A stretch of DNA of 32,000 nt, taken from positions 60,001-92,000 of the forward strand of contig NC_014408.1 in the NCBI RefSeq assembly GCF_000145295.1, given 5' to 3'. Positions 16,034-24,663 of this stretch are shown here, one piece after another. The position numbers and the translations under genes were made by a program. Source of the DNA: Methanothermobacter marburgensis str. Marburg (lineage in GTDB: Archaea; Methanobacteriota; Methanobacteria; Methanobacteriales; Methanothermobacteraceae). The notes under the pieces were generated by a model. It was given only the letters and a program-made list of their open reading frames with translations, searched no databases and was not told where the DNA came from. The first letter of the stretch is position 1, and each line of letters opens with the position of its first letter.

Positions 16034-16654
16034 TCAGAAAATGACTGCAAGTCCTCCAGTGAGGAAGTAGAGTCCTGCAAGCAAAATAAAACCGTTACAT
16101 GCCACCATAACTGCCCTGTAAATCCTTCCACCTGTATCAAAGGATCCTCTGGATGATAGAAAGGATACCAGGCTGTACCAGGCCAGGTCGGATGACCAGT
16201 GACCCACAAGGAAACCTGCAAGTCCAGCAGCACCTGCAAGTTCAAGTCCACTGTACATGAGGGCGGCCCCAACAGCACCCCACCATATAAAGAAGTAGGG
16301 GTTGGAAAAACTTATCACAGCTCCCCTGAGGACAGATCCCCCTGCTGGAATATCCCCGGATGATTCGTCCCCGGACCTCAGACCCCTGATGCCGGTCCAG
16401 ATGAGGACGGAGCCACCTGCAATCCCAATGAATGAGGATGCGGACTCTGATGAGAGGAGGTAGCCCATACCCATGAATATCAGGACAACCAGGATGGCCT
16501 CACCCAGGATGTGGCCTGTGACAAGGAGGGGCCCTGCCCTGAAACCCCCCTGAATGGAGTCCGAGACCGTGACAGTGAGAAGGGGGCCAGGGGCCATTGC
16601 CCCTGAGAGGCCTATTATGAAGGATGTTACGGTAAATAGGATGACACTGAGCAT
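16034..16654 (-). CDS. LysE/RhtB-family amino-acid exporter
   Basis: 206 aa, ~6 TM helices. The N-terminal pattern ..GLSGAMAPGPLLTVTV.. is typical of the LysE superfamily. Confidence 0.75.
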   Translation of the reverse strand: MLSVILFTVTSFIIGLSGAMAPGPLLTVTVSDSIQGGFRAGPLLVTGHILGEAILVVLIFMGMGYLLSSESASSFIGIAGGSVLIWTGIRGLRSGDESSGDIPAGGSVLRGAVISFSNPYFFIWWGAVGAALMYSGLELAGAAGLAGFLVGHWSSDLAWYSLVSFLSSRGSFDTGGRIYRAVMVACNGFILLAGLYFLTGGLAVIF

Positions 16655-16663
16655 TCTTTCAGC

Positions 16664-16903
16664 CTAATTGTACCTGTTAAGTATCTTCATGATCTCAGTG
16701 AGGTGACGATCAATCTCCTCTATCTCATCCTTCCTGAGGGCCCGGGTCCTCCCGAGTATCCTTATCCTCTCAAACACATGGTCCATCCTTACGAGGAGTT
16801 CATGCATTGATGTCCTGGTGGGGTACATGATATCACAGCTCCGGTAACTAACTGTGTTCACCATCCTATATAGCATCTTTTCCTGGGGGCAGTGAAGGAC
16901 CAA
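16664..16903 (-). CDS. Small hypothetical protein (54-79 aa, predicted helical); start uncertain
   Basis: It is the only ORF filling the 273-nt gap between the ocd-like and lysE-like genes, and it ends 9 nt before the lysE ATG. No recognisable motif. Candidate starts are 16903, 16876 (AGGAAA SD-like) and 16828. Confidence 0.4.
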   Translation of the reverse strand: MVLHCPQEKMLYRMVNTVSYRSCDIMYPTRTSMHELLVRMDHVFERIRILGRTRALRKDEIEEIDRHLTEIMKILNRYN

Positions 16904-16936
16904 ACCCCGCGGATCAGAGTTTTGCAGTATCTTTTC

Positions 16937-17929
16937 TCACCCCTGCAGGTCAACCTCCAGGCCCTTGCCTGACTCAGCAGCCCTCTCATAGACCATCCAG
17001 GCTGTTGTAACGTCCTGCAGGGAGAGTCCGGTTGAATCAAATACTGTTATATCCTTACCTGATCTTCTACCCTCAATTTTACCTGTTATTACATCCCCTA
17101 TTGTCCCCTGGAGGTCCTCTTCTGTGATAAGGCCCTCACTGAGGGGTACGTTTATCTCTCCGCTGTGGGATGCCTGTTCCCAGCTGTCATAGAAGACCCT
17201 CCCCTTTTTGAGTATGAGGGGGTCCAGTTCCTGCTTTCCAGGGGCATCTGCCCCCATGGCACATATGTGGGTCCCGGGTGTTATCCAGTCAGCCTTCACC
17301 AGGGGCTTCCTTGAGGGGGTGGCAGTTACAACTATGTCCCTCCCCTCCACAGCCTCCCTGATATCCAGGGCAGGTTTGACCCTGAACCCATAGACCTCAG
17401 AGGCCTTCCTTGCGAATTTTTCTCGCTGGGAAGGTGTCCTGCAGTAAACGCAGGCCTCCTCAAGGTCTGCGACCCTGCTGATGGCCATCAGCTGTGTCCA
17501 GGCCTGTCTCCCGGCACCCACCATCCCCAGTGTTGAGGCCTCCCGATCTGCAAGGTACTTCACGGAGACCCCGCCGGCTGCCCCGGTCCTCATATCGGTT
17601 ATATATGTTCCATCCATGAGTGCAAGGGGGAACCCGGTCCTTGGGTCGACAAGCTCTATGACAGCCATGACCGTTGGGAGGGAATGTTCACGGGGATTTG
17701 AGGGGTGGACATTCACGCACTTAACACCCGCCATTTCAAGTTCCTCAAGGTAGGAGGGCATCACCCTGAGGTCCCCATCGTGTTTCCTGAAGAATAGGTA
17801 CATCTTGGGGGGCATCTGGACACGGCCAAGGGCATCCTGGACAAAGGCGTTCTCAACAGCCTTCAGACAGTCATCCATGGTCAGAAGACCCTCAACATCA
17901 CTTTTTTTGAGTATAATGGTTTTCTCCAT
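16937..17929 (-). CDS. Ornithine cyclodeaminase / mu-crystallin family protein (archaeal alanine dehydrogenase-like)
   Basis: Family-typical N-terminus MEKTIILKKSDVEGLLTMDDCLKAVENAF and the NAD-binding loop MVGAGRQA. GGTGA SD lies 4 nt before ATG 17929. The ORF-track start at 17950 lacks an SD. Confidence 0.8.
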   Translation of the reverse strand: MEKTIILKKSDVEGLLTMDDCLKAVENAFVQDALGRVQMPPKMYLFFRKHDGDLRVMPSYLEELEMAGVKCVNVHPSNPREHSLPTVMAVIELVDPRTGFPLALMDGTYITDMRTGAAGGVSVKYLADREASTLGMVGAGRQAWTQLMAISRVADLEEACVYCRTPSQREKFARKASEVYGFRVKPALDIREAVEGRDIVVTATPSRKPLVKADWITPGTHICAMGADAPGKQELDPLILKKGRVFYDSWEQASHSGEINVPLSEGLITEEDLQGTIGDVITGKIEGRRSGKDITVFDSTGLSLQDVTTAWMVYERAAESGKGLEVDLQG

Positions 17930-18134
17930 CACTTCACCCTTTCCATCCATTCCATATCCTAGATCTTGGTCATCTTCACATTTATTAATGTTGAAAATGA
18001 AATTAAACCCAGATAATAGGGTGACCGGGCACCTGCAGATACCTCAGGATAACCATCATGGAAAGCCAGGGGCCCTCAAATGCAGCTCTTCAGGATAATA
18101 GGTTTACTCAATGATAGGATACGGGTGTTTGGAA

Positions 18135-19490
18135 ATGGAAATCATGGATAAGGTTGAAATGATTAAGGATCATGGCATGACCGCATCAGAGAACCTTGAA
18201 AGGTTCATCAGGACAATAAGGGCAAAAAATGATGACGTAAACGCATTTATAGAGGTCAGGGAGGAGGAGGCCTTCCAGAGGGCTGAGGAGATAGACTCAA
18301 GGATAGCCTCGGGGGAGAGGACAGGTAAACTCGCAGGTCTGGTTATAGGTGTTAAGAGCAACATCAACGTGGAGGGATTCACGGTATCCGCAGCATCCAG
18401 GACCCTTGAGAACTACACTGGAAGCTACGATGCAACCGTCATAAGGCGCATAAAGGAAGAGGATGGGATAATAATCGGCATGACCAATATGGACGAATTC
18501 GCAGCTGGAAGTTCAACAGAGACCTCATTCTTCGGCCCCACAGACAACCCCTCTGCACCTGGAAGGATACCCGGTGGTTCCAGTGGGGGAAGCGCCGCTG
18601 CCGTTGCAGCCGGGATGTGCGACATTGCACTGGGATCAGATACAGGGGGATCCATAAGGAACCCGGCCTCTCACTGTGGTGTCATGGGGTTCAAGCCGAC
18701 CTATGGGCTGGTTTCAAGGCAGGGGCTCCTTGACCTTGCCATGAGCTTCGACCAGATAGGGCCCCTTGCAGCTGACGTATCCGGCCTTCAGCTGACCCTT
18801 GAGGTGATATCAGGCCAGGACCCCACCGACCCAACAACCATTGCAGAGGACCAGGAACTCGGCGTGGATCGGGAACTCAAGGATATTCGCTTCGGTGTCG
18901 TGAAGGAGTTCCTTGAGGTCACCGATGACTCAATAGATGCTGCCATCCAGAGGAAACTTGACCTGATAGGGGATGAGGGGGCTGAGATAGTGGAACTTGA
19001 TTTTGGCTACATCGACCTCTGCCTCCCAACCTATTACCTCATAAACTATGTTGAGTTCTTCTCAGCCACAAGGAAGTACGATGGCAGGAAGTATGGCCAC
19101 AGGATAGAGGACGTATGCGGCCCTGAGGTGCTCAGGAGGATACACATGGGCTCCTACATCAGCCAGAAGGAACTATCTGGTAAATACTACAGGAGGGCCC
19201 TCCAGGCAAGGTCACTCATAAGGAGGGAGATAGAGGGTCTCCTGAAGGACGTGGACATCATACTGGGCCCCACAGTCCCGAAACTCCCCCACAGGCTTGG
19301 AGAGGAACTTGAACCAATGGAGATGTATGCATACGATGTACTCACGGTCATAGCCAACCTTGCAGGTATCCCCGCTGCAAGCATGCCTGCAGGCGACGTT
19401 GATGGGGTCCCTGTGGGCCTGCAGCTCCAGGCAAAGCCAGGGGACGATGGAATGATACTCTCTGCAATGAGGGGTATAGCCTCCCTTTAG
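18135..19490 (+). CDS. gatA: Glutamyl/aspartyl-tRNA amidotransferase subunit A
   Basis: Amidase signature GGSSGGSAAAVAAG..GSDTGGSIRNPA and a GatA-type N-terminal half (..TNMDEFAAGSSTETSFFGPT.NP). Start candidates are 18111, 18135 (GGGTG SD 7 nt upstream) and 18144. Confidence 0.85.
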   Translation: MEIMDKVEMIKDHGMTASENLERFIRTIRAKNDDVNAFIEVREEEAFQRAEEIDSRIASGERTGKLAGLVIGVKSNINVEGFTVSAASRTLENYTGSYDATVIRRIKEEDGIIIGMTNMDEFAAGSSTETSFFGPTDNPSAPGRIPGGSSGGSAAAVAAGMCDIALGSDTGGSIRNPASHCGVMGFKPTYGLVSRQGLLDLAMSFDQIGPLAADVSGLQLTLEVISGQDPTDPTTIAEDQELGVDRELKDIRFGVVKEFLEVTDDSIDAAIQRKLDLIGDEGAEIVELDFGYIDLCLPTYYLINYVEFFSATRKYDGRKYGHRIEDVCGPEVLRRIHMGSYISQKELSGKYYRRALQARSLIRREIEGLLKDVDIILGPTVPKLPHRLGEELEPMEMYAYDVLTVIANLAGIPAASMPAGDVDGVPVGLQLQAKPGDDGMILSAMRGIASL

Positions 19491-19501
19491 AGTGAGTTTA
19501 C

Positions 19502-20971
19502 ATGAGGATTGGACTCGCATACCTGAGGGGCTCTGTACCGGCCTTTGAGGATTTCGGATTTCTACCCACCGACCTGGTTAAGGAGAATGGCCTCGTAAAT
19601 GGTGAGAGGGCCCACAGGGTCCTGGATGGCATCATAATACCCGGTGGGAGCATAGTTGAGTCAGGGAGTCTATCAGAGGACCTTGGATCAGAGATAAGGA
19701 AAATGGCTGCCGAGGGAAAATTTGTCCTCGGCATCTGCTCAGGGTTCCAGGCACTGGCAGAGAGGACGGATATAGGGAGAAAATCGCCCTGCCCCATATA
19801 CAGGGAGGGTCTGGGGCTCCTGAATGTATCATTCCACCCCATGATAAGCAACGACCGTGTGGAGGCCCTTGTCACCGGGGAGTCATTCCTCACCTCAGGT
19901 TTAACCGGTGAGAGGGTAACCGGTTTTCACTGCCACACCTACGGTGAGATAAGGGGGGACGCTCCTGAGATAATGCGCTCCATAATAAGGAGGGCCGATT
20001 ACAGGGACAGGAGGCTTGAGGTAACCTCGGGTGTCTGCAGTGACGATGGAAACGTCGCAGGCACCATGGTCCACGGGGCACTGGATGAGAACCCCGCCCT
20101 TGTGGAGAACATACTGGAGTTTCTGGGCGCCGGTGAGGATGCAAGGGAGAGGATAATGGAGAAGAACAGGGAACTCAGAAAAACCCTGAGGTCAGAGATA
20201 GGCGTGGGAACAGGTATAAACGTTGAGGAAAGAGGAAGCGAGACCAGGAATACCCCGCCGGCAATCATGATAGCATCCACGGGCTCGGATGCAGGGAAGA
20301 CCTTCATAGTCACCGGCCTTGCAGGGGCCCTCAGGAAGAGAGGTCTCAGGGTGGGGGTCATGAAGGTGGGCCCTGATGTCAGGGACATAGTACCGGCCCT
20401 CTACCTCATAAAGGAGCCCATGGAGGAACACTCCTCCATAAGGATAGGGCACCTAGGCTGGATGGACCTTGAGGATGCCCTGGAATCGGTGAGGGGAAGG
20501 TATGATATAATACTGATCGAGGGTGTTATGAGCATATTAACAGGGCTCCTCAATGAAACCGTGCCCTACTCCGGGGCCGAAATCGCACTTGCAGCGGGGA
20601 TACCCGTTATAATGGTGGCCGGCTGCAGCAGGGGCGGGGTGGAGTCTGCGGCCGTTGACCTGGAAGCCCATATAAGTGTCCTTGAGAGGCTCGGGGTTGA
20701 GGTCCCCCATGCCATCCTCAACAGGGTCTATGACATGGATATATTTGAGAGGGCCTCAGGGGGGAGGTACCTTTCTCTGCCCCGGGTTAGGATGAGCATG
20801 AGGGGCGGCACCCCCGAGGTTGAGATAAAACTTGAGGACTTCTGCATGAGGGCCATGGAGGCTGTTGAGGAGAACCTTGACGTGGATCTTCTAATATCTG
20901 AAGCAGCAGAACCAGAATTCAGGGGATACACTGACCTTGAGGAGATAATGAGAAGATTCAGGAAAAATTAG
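19502..20971 (+). CDS. CbiA/CobQ-related amidotransferase with inverted domain order (N-terminal GATase, C-terminal P-loop domain)
   Basis: N-terminal half: LDGIIIPGGS, GICSGFQAL, GLGLLNV, FHCHTYG (CobB/CobQ-type GATase). C-terminal half: STGSDAGKTF, MKVGPD, DIILIEGVMS, AILNRV (CbiA-type ATP-binding domain). It starts 11 nt after the gatA stop. Confidence 0.7.
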   Translation: MRIGLAYLRGSVPAFEDFGFLPTDLVKENGLVNGERAHRVLDGIIIPGGSIVESGSLSEDLGSEIRKMAAEGKFVLGICSGFQALAERTDIGRKSPCPIYREGLGLLNVSFHPMISNDRVEALVTGESFLTSGLTGERVTGFHCHTYGEIRGDAPEIMRSIIRRADYRDRRLEVTSGVCSDDGNVAGTMVHGALDENPALVENILEFLGAGEDARERIMEKNRELRKTLRSEIGVGTGINVEERGSETRNTPPAIMIASTGSDAGKTFIVTGLAGALRKRGLRVGVMKVGPDVRDIVPALYLIKEPMEEHSSIRIGHLGWMDLEDALESVRGRYDIILIEGVMSILTGLLNETVPYSGAEIALAAGIPVIMVAGCSRGGVESAAVDLEAHISVLERLGVEVPHAILNRVYDMDIFERASGGRYLSLPRVRMSMRGGTPEVEIKLEDFCMRAMEAVEENLDVDLLISEAAEPEFRGYTDLEEIMRRFRKN

Positions 20972-21008
20972 ATTAATTTTTATTTGATACAAAAAATAGT
21001 GGTGGGGG
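20972..21008. terminator. Bidirectional oligo-T termination region between convergent genes
   Basis: T5 at 20977-20981 and TTT at 20983-20985 serve the plus-strand gene. A6 at 20991-20996 reads as T6 on the minus strand for the kaiC-like gene. Confidence 0.5.
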
Positions 21009-21737
21009 TTAAATTTCAAGGTCCTCCTCAGGGATCTCCTCCCCCTCTGTTATTGTTATACCCTCCTCTCCGCCTATTTCATAGGTGAGGAACTGGAGGG
21101 GTGTTTTGGTGCTTCTCATCTTAACTATGTCCATTATACGCTCCCTTCGACCTGTGTAGGGGTTCTCCCTCCTGCCGAGCTTTATGGCACCATAGACCGA
21201 GAAGAGGGCAAGTTCATTGAATTCCTTGGAGGTTGCGCTGTCAAGTATTATGACAGAGGTTATACCCCTCTGCTTGAGCTCATATACCAGGAGGTCAAAC
21301 TGGTTCCTGAACTCATATGCTGTTAACTTGGCTGTGTAGCCCCCCAGACTGTCTATCACAACCACCTCAGCCTCAGGGGGGATGTCGTGTATTATCTTGG
21401 TGAAGTTGCCCTTCATTGGGTCCATGTCCATGCTGAGCTCGGCCTCTGTTATCCTGGCCCTTATACCGGTCAGTTCAATGAAATTGAGGAGTCCCCTCTC
21501 CTCAAGTTCCTGGGTGTTCCAGCCAAAGGAGTTTGCCTGGATGTGGAGGTCGTTGGCGTCCTCCTCGGCTGTGATATAGACCGTGTTGTATCCCTCCATG
21601 CAGCTGCTTATTGCAAAACGCAATCCAAAGATTGTCTTCCCGCATCCTGGTTCCCCGGTTATGAGGACGGATCTGCCCATGGGGAAGCCGCCTATTGTGT
21701 CATCAAGTCCACTGATTCCTATCTTCAGCCTATCCAT
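21009..21737 (-). CDS. KaiC-like / RecA-superfamily single-domain ATPase
   Basis: [29 protein letters not shown] (Walker A) and VVVIDSL (Walker B). GAGGTG SD lies 6 nt before ATG 21737. The ORF-track start at 21746 is a GTG inside the SD. Confidence 0.8.
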   Translation of the reverse strand: MDRLKIGISGLDDTIGGFPMGRSVLITGEPGCGKTIFGLRFAISSCMEGYNTVYITAEEDANDLHIQANSFGWNTQELEERGLLNFIELTGIRARITEAELSMDMDPMKGNFTKIIHDIPPEAEVVVIDSLGGYTAKLTAYEFRNQFDLLVYELKQRGITSVIILDSATSKEFNELALFSVYGAIKLGRRENPYTGRRERIMDIVKMRSTKTPLQFLTYEIGGEEGITITEGEEIPEEDLEI

Positions 21738-21748
21738 AAGAAACACCT

Positions 21749-22447
21749 CTAAGATCTGAATTCCATGTATGAGTCAATGAGGTCTGCTCCGCTCATGAAT
21801 ATGAGGTCGTGTTCCTCCGCATATTTCATGGCATCATCCGTTGAAAGCGCATTACCGGTCCTGTCATCCATCATCTCACAGCAGACCGCAACTCCCTCAA
21901 GTCCAGCCATCTCCATGAGTGCTATGCTCATCTCGGTGTGGCCCCTCCTCCTGGTCACATGGCCATCAGCGGCCCTCAGGAGGGTGACATGGCCCGGTGA
22001 CCTGAAAAGATCCCCGAACTCATGGTGTTTTTTGTTTTTACAGAGCTCTGCAAGCTCCCTTATGGTCAGGGCCCTGTCATTGTCAGTTATTCCTGTAAAT
22101 GTCCTCCGGTGGTTCACTGTTATGGAAAAAGCCGACTTTTCATCGTAGGGTATATCGTGGGGTGAGAGCCTGCTGAGTACCGGGTAGCGGCCTGAGGCCT
22201 CATTCATTATATCGGTCATGTAGGGTATCCCGAGACTTTCTGAGTTCTCCCAGGATACAGGTACACAGATGAGGCCACCTGCATCGTTCCTCATGACCCT
22301 GATATGGTCAGGGGTTGTTTTTTCAGCAGCAACAATCATATCTGTTTCCCGTTCACGGTTGTCCGCGTCGAATACAAGAACCATTTCTCCCTTTCTGAGT
22401 GCTTTAAGGGCTTCCTGAATCATATGATCACGACTCTGTTGTATCAC
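21749..22447 (-). CDS. ribB: 3,4-dihydroxy-2-butanone 4-phosphate synthase (archaeal type)
   Basis: Near-collinear with my memory of the archaeal RibB (MJ0055-type) sequence: ..[75 protein letters not shown]. The start is either GTG 22447 or ATG 22423. Confidence 0.88.
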   Translation of the reverse strand: MIQQSRDHMIQEALKALRKGEMVLVFDADNRERETDMIVAAEKTTPDHIRVMRNDAGGLICVPVSWENSESLGIPYMTDIMNEASGRYPVLSRLSPHDIPYDEKSAFSITVNHRRTFTGITDNDRALTIRELAELCKNKKHHEFGDLFRSPGHVTLLRAADGHVTRRRGHTEMSIALMEMAGLEGVAVCCEMMDDRTGNALSTDDAMKYAEEHDLIFMSGADLIDSYMEFRS

Positions 22448-22451
22448 TCAA

Positions 22452-22838
22452 TTAATCTGATGATTCATCATCCATTATCTTTAGGCTAACAGTATCTCCA
22501 TCTCTTAATTTAAGGGTTTTTCTGAGGTTTACAGGGGCAACAAATTCAAGGCACACATCCCTGTGATGGGTTTTAACAGGGAACAGAAGGGCGCCATCAA
22601 CCTCATTGTTCAGCACGGCCCTCACATAGAGCACATCCCCGAAACCGCCACCACCATGTATTTTATCAGCCTTAAGGCGCAGTTCTCTGACGATTTCAGG
22701 GTTACCGGTTTCTATGTTAAGGGTGCCTGGGAATGGCTCGAAACCCAGTTTCTCCCTGAACTGTTCAAGGTAGACGTCCCTTGTCATGAAGTATGCGCCC
22801 TCACCGAAACCTGAACTGACCCTTCCGGTTATTATCAT
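22452..22838 (-). CDS. ribK: CTP-dependent riboflavin kinase (archaeal RibK, MJ0056 type)
   Basis: GRVSSGFGEGAYFM...LGFEPFPGTLNI...VDGALLFPVKTHH matches the archaeal RibK pattern. It is tightly packed between sepS and ribB. Confidence 0.82.
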   Translation of the reverse strand: MIITGRVSSGFGEGAYFMTRDVYLEQFREKLGFEPFPGTLNIETGNPEIVRELRLKADKIHGGGGFGDVLYVRAVLNNEVDGALLFPVKTHHRDVCLEFVAPVNLRKTLKLRDGDTVSLKIMDDESSD

Positions 22839-22842
22839 CCTC

Positions 22843-24438
22843 TCACTCCAGCATGCCCCTTACAGTTGAGAAGAGGGGGCCCCTCAGGTCTATCTCACGG
22901 TTTCTGCTCGTTATGTACCTCATGGCCACATCATCCAGGATGAGGTTCAGGTCAGAGAGGGACCTTGCTATCGTGCTCCTCACCTCAACCTCATCGGCGC
23001 CACTTACAGCCATCTCCTCCACCCTGTAGGCGGCCTCGGCTGCAAGGGCATCCATGTAGGTTATCCCTGTGTTGAGGCCATCCCGCCGGGCGCTGGCTAT
23101 GAGTTCGTTGTCCAGTTCCGTCCCGGGCGGAACACCCAGTATGTTGCCATCGTGGATGTAGATGGTGTTCCAGACCGCAGGTCCGAGGAGCCGTGTGTTC
23201 TCCTCATCCTCAACTGCCTCCACCCTGATCCTCCTGCCAAGGAATTCCCCACTGTAAACCTCAAAGCTGCAGGGTGACTCTGCATCCGCATGGGCCCTCC
23301 AGGTTTCAATTATCCTCTCCATGAGCATCCTGCCATCTGAGGTTACAGGGTGGAGGTTTATCCTGAGCATGCCGGCGATGTCCCTGTCGGTGAGCCTCCA
23401 GGGTCCATGGATCTGGGGGTAGACCATCTCCCGGACGTCATCCACCTGGTTGAGTATCATGGCCACACGCTCAACACCCACCCCAAGGTTCATGACCTCC
23501 TCGTCTATACCGTACATTGAGAGTGCTATGGGGGAGTATAACCCGAAGGTTGCAATCTCAACCCAGTCCCTGAGGCCCGGGTGGTAGGCGTAGACCTCTG
23601 TCTGGGTCCCGGGAATGTAGTACTTGGATTTCTTCTCATCAGGCAGAAACTTGAACCTTGAGAAGCCGAAGTGCTCAAGCAGGCCCTCGGCCACTGCCTT
23701 CCCAACGTCGAGGGGAACCTCATCATCCACAACGACGCATGAGGCTGAGTGATAGGTCATGAGGTGACTTGAATCCTCCCTCTGTTCCCTCCTGAAGCAG
23801 CGGTCAATTGAGAATAGTTTCAGGGGGAGGGGGTACCTGTCATGTATGTTCTGCAGGGATATGAACCACCCGGAGGTCATATGGGACCTCAGGGTTGTCC
23901 TACCTGCAACTGGTTTGAGGTCCCTTATCTCAGGGAACACCCTCTCGATGATCCTCAGGGCGTCATGGCTTTCAACCTCAAGGGCCCCGGATACCTCAAG
24001 GACGAGGTCGTCCCCTGAGATGTCACCCTTCTTGTAGGACCTGAAGACCTCCTTGAGGCCCTGGATCCTGTCCTCTGTCACCTCAACTCCCATTTCCTCT
24101 ATCATCCGGATCTTATCAAGGCCAAGGCCTATGTCTGGCCTTGGAAGCCCCCCCAGGTAGAAGCACCTGTCGAGGACCGCCGGGGCCTCGGGGCCGAACT
24201 GCCTGTATATGTGTTCCTCGTCTATGAATACCGGGTTCACCATCTCACTGAAACCCAGCCGGAGGTAGGCCTCCCTTATCATCCAGATGGTGTCATAGAG
24301 GACGTGGGATTTTCCCACACCAAACCTCAGGCGTGGATACTGCAGGTCATGGTGGGGCTTTTTAAGGAGCTTCCCGCTCTCAAGCCATGCCCTCTCAAAG
24401 TCCCTCCTTGATAGTTTAACAATATCCTTCTTCTTCAA
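22843..24438 (-). CDS. sepS: O-phosphoseryl-tRNA(Cys) synthetase (SepRS)
   Basis: ..RDFERAWLESG..YPRLRFGVGKSHVLYDTIWMIREAYLRLGFSEMVNPVFIDEEHIYRQFGPEAPAVLDRCFYLGGLPRPDIGL is collinear with my memory of the M. jannaschii SepRS N-terminus. TTG start at 24438; there is no in-frame ATG nearby. Confidence 0.9.
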   Translation of the reverse strand: MKKKDIVKLSRRDFERAWLESGKLLKKPHHDLQYPRLRFGVGKSHVLYDTIWMIREAYLRLGFSEMVNPVFIDEEHIYRQFGPEAPAVLDRCFYLGGLPRPDIGLGLDKIRMIEEMGVEVTEDRIQGLKEVFRSYKKGDISGDDLVLEVSGALEVESHDALRIIERVFPEIRDLKPVAGRTTLRSHMTSGWFISLQNIHDRYPLPLKLFSIDRCFRREQREDSSHLMTYHSASCVVVDDEVPLDVGKAVAEGLLEHFGFSRFKFLPDEKKSKYYIPGTQTEVYAYHPGLRDWVEIATFGLYSPIALSMYGIDEEVMNLGVGVERVAMILNQVDDVREMVYPQIHGPWRLTDRDIAGMLRINLHPVTSDGRMLMERIIETWRAHADAESPCSFEVYSGEFLGRRIRVEAVEDEENTRLLGPAVWNTIYIHDGNILGVPPGTELDNELIASARRDGLNTGITYMDALAAEAAYRVEEMAVSGADEVEVRSTIARSLSDLNLILDDVAMRYITSRNREIDLRGPLFSTVRGMLE

Positions 24439-24633
24439 ATGGAACCCCCGTGATCTTTATGGTATATGTAATCGGGATCATCAGTGTGATGAGCCGGGTT
24501 ATCACCCCTCAGGAGATGCTTCTGTTAAATTGGCCAGTGAAGGCACCTTCAGTTTTCCCATCGTCACCTTCAAGGGGGAAGGGTGATCTTTCACTTCCCA
24601 TATTCATCACCTTAACATATTGACTGCCAAACC

Positions 24634-24641
24634 TTATAATA
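24634..24641 (+). promoter_or_regulatory. TATA-like box (TTATAATA) predicting a near-leaderless tfrA transcript
   Basis: The box centre is ~26 nt upstream of ATG 24664. No SD precedes either candidate ATG (24646 or 24664). Confidence 0.4.
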
Positions 24642-24663
24642 ATGAATGTTGAAAATAATCTCC

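Noticed and set aside
18011-18102. GATAATAGG repeated at 18011-18019 and 18094-18102 in the ocd/gatA divergent region
   Set aside because: These are probably just TATA-like promoter elements for the two divergent genes. The repeat is short, AT-rich and has no flanking similarity.
19498-20452. Several 84-131 aa minus-strand ORFs opposite the permuted amidotransferase gene
   Set aside because: Overlapping antisense frames rich in Pro, Ser and Arg, with no independent signals.
24450-24591. 9-mer GTGATCTTT repeated at 24450-24458 and 24583-24591
   Set aside because: A single 9-nt match in ~200 bp is near chance expectation, and there is no extended similarity around it.
24540-24611. C/D-box sRNA-like arrangement on the minus strand (GTGATGA ... 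GTGACGA ... CTGA)
   Set aside because: The D' box is absent. The C'-to-D spacing is only 8 nt rather than ~12, and there is no terminal stem. The GTGATGA is better explained as an SD-like GGTGAT.
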